From: Octopus sinensis
Taxonomy: Eukaryota
DNA: 64,000 bases
Direction of reading: 5' to 3'
Assembly: GCF_006345805.1 (NCBI RefSeq)
Contig: NC_043005.1
Location: 42,036,001-42,100,000, forward strand
Shown: positions 52,880 to 64,000 of the stretch, in pieces
Numbering within the stretch: position 1 is the stretch's first letter
How the letters are laid out: every line of letters begins with the position of its first letter
Made by a program: the position numbers and the translations under genes
The notes under the pieces: generated by a model
What the model saw: the letters and a program-made list of their open reading frames with translations, nothing else
The model's database searches: none
Told to the model about the DNA's origin: nothing

Positions 52880-53660
52880 CAAGGCCAATAATTCTTTAAA
52901 GGGAGGCGAGCTGGCAGAATCGTTAGCACGCCGGGCGAAATTCTTAGCCGTATTTCGTCTGTCGCTAGGTTCTGAGTTCAAATTCCGCCAAGGTCGACTT
53001 TGTCTTTCATCCTTTCCGGGTCGATTAAATAAGTACCAATTACGCCCTGGGGTCGATGCAATCGACTGAATCCCTTTGTTTGTCCTTGTTTGCCCCCTCT
53101 ATGTTTAGCCCCTTGCAGGTAATAAAGAAATTAAAATTTTTTAAAGGGAGGTAGTTAATCACATACATCGATTCCTATACTTGATTGGTACTTTACTTTA
53201 TCTACCCCGATTTAATAATATCAATAAAGACTTTTTTTTAAGGCGACGAACTGGCTGAATCGTTAGCACACCATGCAAAATGCTTAGTAGCATTTCATCC
53301 GTCATTACATTCTGAGTTCCAACTCCGCTGAGGACGACTTAGCCTTTCATCCTTTCAGGTTCGGTAAAATAAGCACGTTTGAGCACTGGACTCGAAGTAA
53401 GCGTCCTAACACTTCACCCGAAAAGGCTGGCTTTCTACCAAAATTTGAGACTAAAATTACTAAAACTTTTAAATTTTGGCACAAGGGCAGAAATGTTAGG
53501 GGATTGGGTAAAAAGATTACATCGATCTCAGTGCTTTTTTTTTTTTTTTAATCGACCCAGAAAGGATGAAGCGCAATATCGAACTCGGCGTAAATTATAT
53601 TTCGAACGTAAAGAACAGTCGCTCAGTATTTCGTTCGAGACGCTAACGCTTCTGCCCTCT
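52880..53660. mobile_element. Cluster of three family A SINEs (52880-53130 +, 53240-53400 +, 53465-53660 -)
   Basis: Head and core homology. Confidence 0.85.
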
Positions 53661-53700
53661 AACAGATTGTAATAAAAGCTATTATAATAATTATTATTAA

Positions 53701-54074
53701 CTAGCAGTATCGCCCGGCGTTGCTCGGGTTTGTAAGGGAAATAACTATATATACATTTTTAGAGATGTAAAGTATAATAGCCATCTCAATATGACTAACC
53801 ACAAAGGGAGTGGGGTGTAACTGTAGCTTTTTACGTTCTGAGATTTAATAATAAATTTTTAGAGAGTTACTTCCCTTATATATGCCAAAAATGCATTTAA
53901 AATGGGAAAAATTGATGGTAATTTTTTTTTTAATCGTAGACTCATCGTAGACACGCGCTAATACCCAGAAGGGCTCGATATGAATCACGACTATAAGATA
54001 CCCGGTTTTGGTTAAACTGCACCGCAAAATCGTAGGAGACAGACAGCACACAACCTCACTTTTATATAGAAAGA
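53701..54074 (-). mobile_element. Non-autonomous Helitron
   Basis: Minus-strand 5' TC, 3' hairpin plus CTAG, A^T target; 3' end shared with 21336-21717. Confidence 0.85.
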
Positions 54075-54129
54075 TATACGATTGGCTTCTACGTAACTTG
54101 CTTCTTGCAATTTCACTGAGGCCACATAC

Positions 54130-54380
54130 AGTAGCAGGCACCTGTTCAGGCTGCCAAAGGACAAAACCTATGTCTACGAGGCTGCGAAAAGTACCACATG
54201 TACATGACGTTTACACACACACACACAAGATATAATACGCGCGCACGCAAACACACTTGCATCCGCGCGAACACACTCACAGACACACCTGCATACTTCT
54301 CTTTTTCTGGCTTTCTCTCTTTATATATATTCAATGTATATATGTATATAATACATATATGCATATAATATAAAATATAT

Positions 54381-54415
<35 letters not shown>

Positions 54416-54518
54416 CACAACACACACAGATACATACATGTACTGATATATATATATATACATACATACATACACACATACATACACACATACATACATA
54501 CATACATACATACATACA

Positions 54519-54564
<46 letters not shown>

Positions 54565-54933
54565 CATATATCATAAATCAGGATGCAAGTGTATCAAGCA
54601 CTTAAATGATAAGGCATCAGGTATGGTCGAAAAATAGTATGTGTATAGAACAAAAGATGAGAGCTACATATGCGGGTAATGAGGTACAGGCAGAAAGATA
54701 TTCAGGTTATGTACACGATTAACTGTACCCGATTTAATATATCAATAATGCTGAGGTTGATCAAGAGACGCACATTGCACTAAATGTATGGTCCATAATA
54801 TACTTCGGATCTACAGAAGGAACAGATTCCGAGTGAGGTGAATAATAAATAAGCAATAACAGATGGATAATATGTCAATCCACCATACCTGTTTCCAACG
54901 AAATATTAATTGATTTAAATGTGACATTACATC
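54130..54933 (-). CDS. Two short candidate exons (54933-54889 and 54181-54130)
   Basis: Each has a pyrimidine-rich acceptor (tttttctaag; ggtacttttcgcag) and a strong donor (CAG|gtatgg; ACT|gtatgt), but their phases do not join directly. Confidence 0.2.
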
Positions 54934-55047
54934 CTTAGAAAAACCCGTTTTCCTCAGGTTAATACATAAATCACAACCTTCAAGAACATTCAATGGCATG
55001 CGCCACTTCATGATTCTATGACCCTTGCCGGTCATAGATTATATGTG

Positions 55048-55137
<90 letters not shown>

Positions 55138-55178
55138 TATATACATAGTGAGAGAGAGAGATACATATATGTATATAA

Positions 55179-55235
<57 letters not shown>

Positions 55236-55321
55236 CATATATATATACATATATATAAATATGTATTTATATATACATATATATATGTGTGTCTGTGTGT
55301 ATGTGTGTGTGTGTGTTTGTG

Positions 55322-55615
55322 TGGAGGCACATGACCTAGTTGATTGAGCAGTGAACTCGCGGTCGAGGGATCACGGGCTCGAATCTCAGACTGGGCGATG
55401 TGTGTGTGTTTATGAGCGAAATACCTAAGCTCCACGCAGCTTCACCAGAAGGTAATGGCGAACTTCTGCTGACTCTTTCGCTACAACTTTCTCTCACTCT
55501 TTCCTTCTGCATCTTGCAGCTCACCCGCGACGGACCGGCATCCCGTTATGGTAGGGAACCTATTCGCTAAGGAAACCGGGAAACCGACCCTTATGAGAAG
55601 TGGCTCCAGAAGGAA
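55322..55615 (+). mobile_element. SINE with family B head and an alternative 3' tail
   Basis: ggaggcacatgacctagttg...cctaagctccacg head; diverges after actttctctcactctttcc. Confidence 0.7.
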
Positions 55616-57847
55616 CAAACATATATATATATATATATATATAAACGTATGCATACACATTCACCTCGCACGCACATATATCAATATACGTGAATGCGTT
55701 TGTGTGTGTGTGTGTGTGCAGGTAGGTATGTAGGTATGTAGGTACGTACGTAGGCAGGCAGTAGGTAGGTACGTAGGTAGTTGGGCAGGTACATGCATAT
55801 GTTGTGTATGATATAGTGACTTTCAACTTTTAATTGTTTAAGTCGTTGGAGTGCGGCCATGCTGTTACACCGCTTTGAAGTGTTTAGTCAAAAGTATTAT
55901 AATTATTCTAATGGAGCATTTGCCGAACAGGTAAATTATGGTTACATAAATAAACCAACACATTTGTGTTATCATAGCCCATTCAAGTAGAGAGTTGTTG
56001 TTGACTGAGATGTATCTATAATGCATTAGGGATTAAAAACACCTACGCTACAAATTAGGCTGGTCTAATTTTATCAACTAAGCAGATAATAGCTTCACCT
56101 TAGATAAAGCATATACACAGGATAAAAATCGAATTATATTCTATGATGCAATTTAAATTTTTAAACTGCAAAATAACTTCTCATTTTGTTCTTTGTCTAT
56201 GTTTTTCACTAGTAATCGTTTATCGTCTGCAAAATAGATTTATTTATTGGTACAGAAGATGTTTGCTGACGACATATTTTCAAAGAATGTAAGAATTGAT
56301 TCTCAATAAAAATACATGGACAATAATACACGTCAACGGCTGTCTAAATAACATGTAATAGTTTCCTTAAACTAACTCAGTTTAAGAAAAATACTAAAAT
56401 CCATCCACTTAGGTTTCATTCAACTTTTTCTTGTCAAAATCTAATTATCGGAAATTCGTCCTGTTTAGTATTTTAGTATTTTCTCTTTGAAACGCATCAA
56501 TTTAAAACTATTCTCATGGAAGTTCCCTGCATTTTATTATTATTTTTTTTTATATTCTAAACGGGAAATAATGTCAGTGTTAAATGTTATTGTTCACCAG
56601 AATTCTTCAAAATGAAAAAAGAAATTTTAATGTAAGTCTAGCTGAAATTTAATAATTTATTGTGGGTTTTACAGTTGGAAACGTATTTTTTTTTAATTAT
56701 CTCAAAGTGATATGGTAGCCTCTAATTTCTGCTGCCGACATCATTCACAAACACAAAGAATGCATTAAAAAAAGGAATGAGGTGATATTAACAAATAGAA
56801 AATTCGCACAAAACTCTTCTTTTGCTCTTTAAAAAAACAGTTGAGATTATTTTATAAAATTCATCGGTCGATTTTTAAAAAAAATGGAAATATTGAATTA
56901 AGAAATACCGGTTTTTATCAAAGTAATTCATCAATCAAATTGAATTAAATTTCTCTTTTTAATCATAAAAACGTATTTCTATTTCCTTTTGTAGAGTTCC
57001 TTTACCTTAATTTACTTTTCTATCTATTGCATGATACAATATTTTAGTGAGGTTTACTGACTTTTGCAAAACTGCAATTAGATAACAGTTTTTGAACTGA
57101 TCACACGAATATGCCTCAAGCTATCTAACGTTTCACAAGTTAAACACTTCTGTATTGAAAACAATGCTGGGTGTTGCAGTTTGCATTTCAGAAATATATG
57201 ATAGAGCCAGCCATTTATCATTAACTGGCCTGTATATGTGACAAGCATGAATAAATTAACTTTAGTATCCATTTCCTAAATATTTGATTGTTATAGTTGT
57301 GGTGTATATGGGTATTTTGTTTTTGTCAACATTCAACTGAGATTGTTCAAGAAAATGAGTAGACAGAAATGGCTTCAACCAATGGCCGTGTGCATCTTCA
57401 TCTATATAGTTTCCTAGCGGTTAGTATTGTTGTTTAACCTGATTAAAGTTACAATTAACCCAATATACAAGTAAGATATATATGTATATATAAAAAAATG
57501 AAAGACAAGTGATGGAATATGCGAGAAATTATTATTAATCACGACAATTGTTCCGACACATCTTGCATCGATTCCTCTTGTGGGACACTCAACAACTGGT
57601 TTAGCAACATTTAGTGGTGTAGATGTTTCTCGTCGGGTGATAGATAAATAAAAACAACCCGTTAAAATGATTGTTCTACGATGTAACTTACTGTTTTGTA
57701 AGAGAGAGAAAAACAGCCAGGCGGAGGGAAAATCTTCATATATATATATAGATCAAAAATAAAATTGTGGAAGACAAAAAGAGAAACGAACACGTAGTCC
57801 AGCGAAAAATGTATTGAAAATAACCCTTAACAGTTATGGATGTATAA

Positions 57848-58236
57848 TGGAATGGAAGCACTCCGTCGGTTACGACGACGAGGGTTCCGGTTGATCCGAA
57901 TCAACGGAACAGCCTGCTCGTGAAATTAACGTGTAAGTGGCTGAGCACTCCACAGACACGTGTACCATTAACGTAGTTCTCGGGGATATTCAGCGTGACA
58001 CAGAGAGTGACAAGGCCGGCCCTTTGAAATACAGGTACAACCGAAACAGGAAGTCGAGTGAGAGAAAGTTGTGGTGAAAGAGCACAGCAGGGATCACCAC
58101 CATCCCCTGCCGGAGCCTCGTGGACCTTTAGGTGTTTTCGCTCAATAAACACTCACAACGCCCGGTCTGGGAATCGAAACCGCGATCCTATGACCGCGAG
58201 TCCGCTGCCCTAACCGCTGGGCCATTGCGCCTCCAC
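57848..58236 (-). mobile_element. Young SINE family B with (TTCCA)n tail and 10-bp TSD
   Basis: ggatgtataa at 57838-57847 and 58237-58246. Confidence 0.92.
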
Positions 58237-58499
58237 GGATGTATAAACACCCTCGGGCAAGCAGCATGGCACGAGCACACACGCTCATACAAGTATCAGC
58301 AAAAATGTGAGCATACGCACACGTGAGGTTTGGTGCTGTCATGATCACAAAGCCAGTTAGTTATTTACTTGGTGTTTAGAAGAACGGGGAGGTTAAAAGT
58401 AAAGTTAAGCCATCCATACCTTAAAGTAAATTAAATTACATTAAGTTAACGGTTACTCAAAGTTCATTCTCACTGCATTGTGAGAAAGTATAATTATAT

Positions 58500-58830
58500 G
58501 CGTGTACGCATCTCGATAGTCGTTCATCTTTTCGTTAGTCCACAGAATAGACAGGGATTCCTCGGAGCAGAGACGACATCTCCTGGAAATTACATTGTAT
58601 GGTTTTTGCATGTCTAACTATGGACCATTTAATGTTGTACTTTGTTTTACCCTCCTTCAGTCGCCATATACAATCTGCCAAAGATGTCGAAAAATTGGGT
58701 AATGGTGTCTTTAAGTTCATTGTAAATGACATGATGCTGTCATTGACGATCTTATAGGTGAATTGAAAAGGAGCACAGGAATGTATCGAACAGCTATTCG
58801 TAAATAAAACCTTGTCGTGTGAAGTAAGAA
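58500..58830 (-). mobile_element. Penelope-like element fragment: GIY-YIG C-terminal region
   Basis: FSTSLADCIWRLKEGKTKYNIKWSIVRHAK matches the characteristic ST.LS.YIW.LK.....I.WSI segment. Confidence 0.7.
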
Positions 58831-59269
58831 GACACTGTTATCAGGGCCGGATTGAGGCCCATAAAAGCCCTAAGCACTTCAATGGTTTTGATGCCCCTAA
58901 GTATAGGAAAATATAAACAAAATTGACTCAAAATATAAACAATAATAAATCATAATTTTTTTTTTTATTACTTTTCAGAATAACACAAAATTAACTGATG
59001 GAAAATAATGTTTATATTTCTATGCTTCCACTATTTATATTTGAAAAATGTTCCCTTTGTTTGTTTGTTTTTTATTGCAAAGTATTCGATGATATCGTTA
59101 AAATTAATTTAACGTAAATCTTCTGCTTCTATACTTAGTAGAGATAAGGCATTACGAATATTATTTCAGCAAGTTTAAAGTGATTTCTTTCGTGCTGTAA
59201 ACTATTTTCATTTATGTGGTGCCTTCCCCGTCCCTTGACGTGCTTATTTTGCTTCATGGTTGATCCAGC

Positions 59270-60640
59270 GCTGACTGTAGTAACCTTCTGTACTATGACT
59301 TAATTACAAACAGGTATTTGATTCCCTTCCAAACAAATGGCTTTGAAATCAGTACAACTGGTAAAATTAACTACTGCCTTAGTATCCATCATCGAAAGGC
59401 TCGTGAAAACCTGGTCTATAATCCTCACACTTGTAAATGCAGTGGAAGGATTATCTTTATTTCCTCAGGAATATTACAAGTCGACAATCTGTCGGTACGT
59501 CTATTCATTTTAGCCTAAATCCGTTGTCATTTCCTTGTAAGAACTATGTTCTAATGTATGTCCACAGACTATGGTCTAGTGTATACAACAGCAAAAAACA
59601 GAAAGAATTGCCATTATTTCTTCGAGGATGATTAAAGTATCTATGCTCGAAATATTGACAGTGCCGAAAACAGCAGGAGTTAATTACAATATGTAGTACT
59701 GATATAAAAATGAAGTTTGGACTAGAGAAATGTTAAAGAGAAAAATGTGTAAGCCAAATCTCCAAATGTTTTCATGCCAAGTTTCTGTATGTCTCTTAAT
59801 GTGCACAACTAGGTATACAAATACTGAAATACTGATGAAAATATAGCATATAAAGGTGCTGTGTACAAAGATAGACTGACCAATGTATAGTATGCCAAAT
59901 TTAAATATATATCAGTCAGATCTTGCTTTTTATAGTATGACAACTTCCCACAAAACATTTATAGTGCTCGTTCATCTTTCGGAGAAATTAGCTCCATAGA
60001 TATTAAAACACGCATAATCCTAACGTCCACTGCAAAAACAGCGATATTGACAGACTATTCCAGAAGAAAAGGTTACGTTTTTTGCATTCTAGACTGTGGA
60101 GATAGCTATGAAACATCTAAATAAAGAAACGGAACATTGCACTCCTTAAACTCCCACAATACAACCGCAAGTGTCAATTATGCTACACTTACTTATATGG
60201 AAGACATAACAGATGTAATCAACAGTTTTCCGATATTTCATCTCCTGCTTAATCATGATGATGTTAAAATGATATACAATCCCATCTGCAGAAACGTCTG
60301 CCTCGCGATAAATACAAACAACACTGTTTCTATAAAATACAGAGATATATATCAACACAGGGAATAATTACTGAATATTTCCATCTAAGCTTCTGTCTCG
60401 GTCAAACGTTATGCCTCATACAGTTACTTGTAACTGGAAAGAAAAAAAAATCATGTACAGTAACAGAGGTTAGCTGTCCAGCAGACGTGAACATCTCTTT
60501 GAAGATCAACGAGATGGAGAATATTTATAGACAACGACTTCTCAACCTGCAACTCCTCTGCCCTGGTTATAATTTTACATTTATGCCAATAATCATTGAA
60601 GCACTTGCATATGTTAGTAGATTTCCAAACTGCAATTTGA
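59270..60640 (+). mobile_element. Decayed RLE-type (R2/R4-like superfamily) non-LTR retrotransposon: RT, CCHC and restriction-like endonuclease
   Basis: YKQVFDSLPNKWL, GILQVDNLSVRLFIL, FFEDD, KFGLEKC, DIKTRIIL..DIDRLF, EDITDVINSFP...HDDVKMIYN, EVSCPADVNISLKINEMENIY...PIIIEAL, all in order. Confidence 0.8.
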
Positions 60641-61090
60641 AAAGCGTGTTAGTTGTCTCAGTGTGGCCTCTATAAAGACGATTCTAACAGTCATTTGAGA
60701 AATGCATTGTTTTAGCAGCCTGCCGTGTCTGTAATGTTTTGCCTTTTGCCGAAAGGATAGGAAAATCTCTCACAAAACCTTCGATACTAAGTGATCGATT
60801 GTATCTGTAGAGTGGTTGAGGGCAAGTGTATGTTGACCAAAGATTCTTTACGTTTGTGGTAAAGTACTAAAGATAGAAGTGTCTAGTATCATCTCTAGAA
60901 AGTTGGCCTTAATGAAACTGTCTTCTACAATGATTTGAAGACTTGATTTTTTTATGATGTTGTATAGGTTTTTCGTAACATATTTAGGGAGCTCAGTTGC
61001 AATTGTTGAGTGTGATATGGCATACGCCTCTGTAAAACATTTCTTGGACCACTGGAATATGTCCATTATCATAGCAATTTGTTTCTAGGG
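60640..61090 (-). mobile_element. Penelope-like element fragment: RT C-terminal region
   Basis: KNLYNIIKKSSLQIIVEDSFIKANFLEMILD and VNIHLP resemble the L..IF...GL.I.IE.N...VNFLDVTLD...VN..SNHP segments. Confidence 0.6.
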
Positions 61091-61562
61091 TAACACTCAG
61101 CTTCATTATGAGCCCCCACCACAACATACATGATCACGACGACGTTCATTATCATCATCATCCTCATCACCATTATCTACACCATCCTCATCATCTTTAC
61201 ATGTAACACAGTCTTATTTATCTCTATTATCTTCATCATCTGCTACACCTGCCACCTACTTAGGACCGTTCTAAACCGTTATGATCTTCATCATCATCCC
61301 TAATTACTTCCCTTTCAATCTTCACATTCTATTTCAACGCCACTCTAATCAGTATTACTGGTGCTAGTGACCCAACCACCACAACTGCCGCCATAATACT
61401 ATCAGACCCACCGTTATCATGTCGTTCCTGGTGTCACTCACTCTGTATTTGCTGGGCTTATTACATATGGTGTGTGTATGTATGAATGAATGTACGTACG
61501 TTTGTTTGTCTATATGTATGTGTGCGTATGTATATATATGCGTGTGTGTATGTGTGTGTATG

Positions 61563-61643
<81 letters not shown>

Positions 61644-61679
61644 ATACATATGTATGTTATTATCTATCTATCAATCTAC

Positions 61680-61737
<58 letters not shown>

Positions 61738-61829
61738 GTCTGTCTGTCTGTCTGTCTATCAATCTATCTATTTATCTATCTATTTATCTATTTATCCTTC
61801 CATCTCTTTCTCTATATATACATACAAAC

Positions 61830-62221
61830 GGTATCGCCCGGCGTTGCTCGGGTTTGTAAGGGAAATAACTATATAAGCATTTTTAGAGAGTTATAGCCAA
61901 AAAATAGCAAAAAAATCCATTAAAAATGGAAACAAAACGATGGTAATTTTTTTTTAAATCGTTGACTCATCGTAGACATTTTTAGAGAGTTACTTCCCTT
62001 ATATAATAGCGAAAAAATGCATTAAAATGGAAAAAAAATTATGGTAATTTTTTTTAAAATCGTAGACTCTTCGTAGACGCGCGCTAATACCCAGAAGGGC
62101 TCGATATGAATCACGACTATAAGATACCCGGTTTTGGTTAAACTGCACCGCAAAATGTGGGAGTAGTTAGGAATCTAAATCGTAGGAGACAGACACACAA
62201 CCTCTCTTTTATATATAAAGA
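61830..62221 (-). mobile_element. Non-autonomous Helitron lacking the terminal CTAG, with an internal duplication
   Basis: 5' end matches 53701-54074; hairpin retained; the aaaaatgg...tcgtagac segment occurs twice. Confidence 0.8.
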
Positions 62222-62269
62222 TATGAATATATATTTATATATGTGTGTGTATAAATATCATCCTGCAGG

Positions 62270-62700
62270 GTGCCCAAATCGCCCTCTTCACAAAGCTAGT
62301 TTCATGGGGTTGCCGGTTTAGTCGGCGACGACCCGACTGTGCGACAGATTGTGCTGGGTTACATGTTACTAGTAGCACTCGAGATTGATCTGACGTAAAC
62401 ATGTCAAACGGCGGAGCAACTTGTAAGAGAGTCGATGGCCTTCCAATAGTCTGTATGTAGAGAAGTTAACCTCGATGCTAATAAAATCAGCGAGTCAAGG
62501 ACGCGAAGTTATAGTGAAGAAAAGTTGGGCGTGTTGTTATTCATTCTATATATGATCTTCATTTGGCAAAACAACACGACGCATTCTGGGAGGAAGAGCC
62601 ATTTCAGGCATCGGTCAGTCTAGGCCCAAATAATCCAGTTAGCGGATTACTGCTAGTTTGATAGAACTGGCAAATCAAATCATTCTAGTTACATTCAAAC
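62270..62700 (+). mobile_element. Possible decayed RTE-like LINE 5' UTR
   Basis: GC-elevated, non-coding; resembles recalled cephalopod RTE 5' ends. Not verified. Confidence 0.3.
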
Positions 62701-62767
62701 ACTGTAGAGTTCCGAAATCCCATAGTGTCACCAATTGAAGACTGGGTGAGTAGTATTAGTAGGTTTG

Positions 62768-62818
<51 letters not shown>

Positions 62819-62828
62819 TACATATATG

Positions 62829-62859
<31 letters not shown>

Positions 62860-63917
62860 TTGTATGTGGGGGTGGAGGTGTACACATTGGGTGTTGAGGT
62901 GTTGACACATGAAAGACAGACAGACAGATAGCAAAAGAGAGCCGGACAGACAATCAATAGCTGAGAGACGTATACAAAATGTATGTCAGTGTATGTTTTT
63001 CTATAACCACGTCTAACTAAAATCTTATCGCGGCCTCCACATATATATCATTAACGTGATAAAGAAGTGTTCTCGTTGCCAAATCTAAAATGGAAATGTC
63101 GTAAAAATTCTGCTGCGTAATTTCTTAAGTTGCAGTTCTAGAAGTTCCTTCAGTTAAGAAACTAACCGAAATCTTGCTGACGTATATATGACAACTTGTC
63201 ACCGTGAAATCCGAAACAAATGAATATAGATGTCACCTCAAATCAAATAACAATTTTTCCCCCAATAGATATTTAAACAATAAATAAATATATCTATGAA
63301 TCAAATTATGTCGGTTTCCTTAGACAATGACCGCCATTTGTGGATTTGATATGTTTTTAATTTCAAGCGTGGGATTCTAGTATCGACAGCAGATTACAAC
63401 TAGATTGTATTTACAGGGGATTATCCTTATTTTATGGCTTCTTTCTTTAAGCAAGAAAACGTTAATACACCACAGGCATCACACACACTCAAACACAAAC
63501 TAACACACACGCACAAACACACACGCACAGACACACACAGACACATGTACACGCAACCATATGTGTATACAGCATGTTTGAATACAGAAACATAAAACTT
63601 GCACTGCGAAATATGCCCTTCATCAGCTTGAAACTAGAGATCCCAATGTTTTCGACATGTTCGAAGATACTACTCTTTCCATCGTCATAAAATAGTATTG
63701 TTGGTACAAAGGGTTGTCTATATCTTTGTTTTTCACATATAGTATCACATTTTTATTTCTGTTATTTATACAACTACTACACTCTGTCGGATGCATATGT
63801 AACTGATTCAACTATGCAGTCATTATTTAGTCTTAAAATTGAGCAAGAATTTGATGTTCACAGTCGACTTTGATGTTTATTTTCCATGCATCTGTCATGA
63901 TGAATGATGTGGTCAAT

Positions 63918-63990
63918 TTGTTCGACTAAAACCCCTGAGGTGGTGCTCCAGCATGACTGCAGTCAAATGGCTAAAACAAGTAAAAGAATC
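63918..63990 (+). mobile_element. 3' end of SINE family D
   Basis: ttcgactaaaacccctgaggtggtgctccagcatgactgcagtcaaatggctaaaacaagtaaaaga. Confidence 0.8.
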
Positions 63991-64000
63991 TGTGTGTGTG

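Noticed and set aside
56256-56288. 33-nt + micro-exon candidate KMFADDIFSKN with strong splice sites and an RT-like FADD
   Set aside because: Too short to distinguish from a pseudoexon, and no flanking RT motifs.
50513-59840. Isolated CTGANGA hits (8113, 44253 minus, 50513, 56266, 59832)
   Set aside because: No helix II followed by GAAA and no helix I/III pairing; expected by chance.

Overview
AT-rich, microsatellite- and SINE-dense animal genomic DNA. The SINE families and repeat landscape are most consistent with an octopus (coleoid cephalopod); this is inferred from recalled family sequences, not from a search. No prokaryotic features (operons, CRISPR, rRNA) are present, and most of the supplied ORFs are translated microsatellites. 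Supported content: (i) the probable 3' end of a spliced + strand gene (exons 553-632, 2749-2982, 3234-3323; product unknown, possibly SGNH-hydrolase-like) and weaker scattered exon candidates; (ii) about 25 tRNA-derived SINEs of four modular families, several with target-site duplications (TSDs); (iii) decayed retroelements: a large Penelope-like RT plus GIY-YIG element at 23.3-25.6 kb, Gypsy gag-pro-RT and integrase remnants, a CR1-like LINE and an RLE-type LINE nested in a second Penelope-like element; (iv) three non-autonomous Helitrons and two MITEs. The most interesting signal is a set of type I hammerhead ribozyme motifs (CUGANGA...GAAA with palindromic helix III). One is at 144-237, one at 28726-28762, and three lie in a 1.35 kb (TA)n-flanked element (39866-41212) built as a 556-nt tandem repeat plus an inverted arm. 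That element has the architecture of a Penelope-associated non-LTR retrozyme that could yield a self-cleaving circular RNA and long dsRNA. All calls were made by eye and need computational confirmation.
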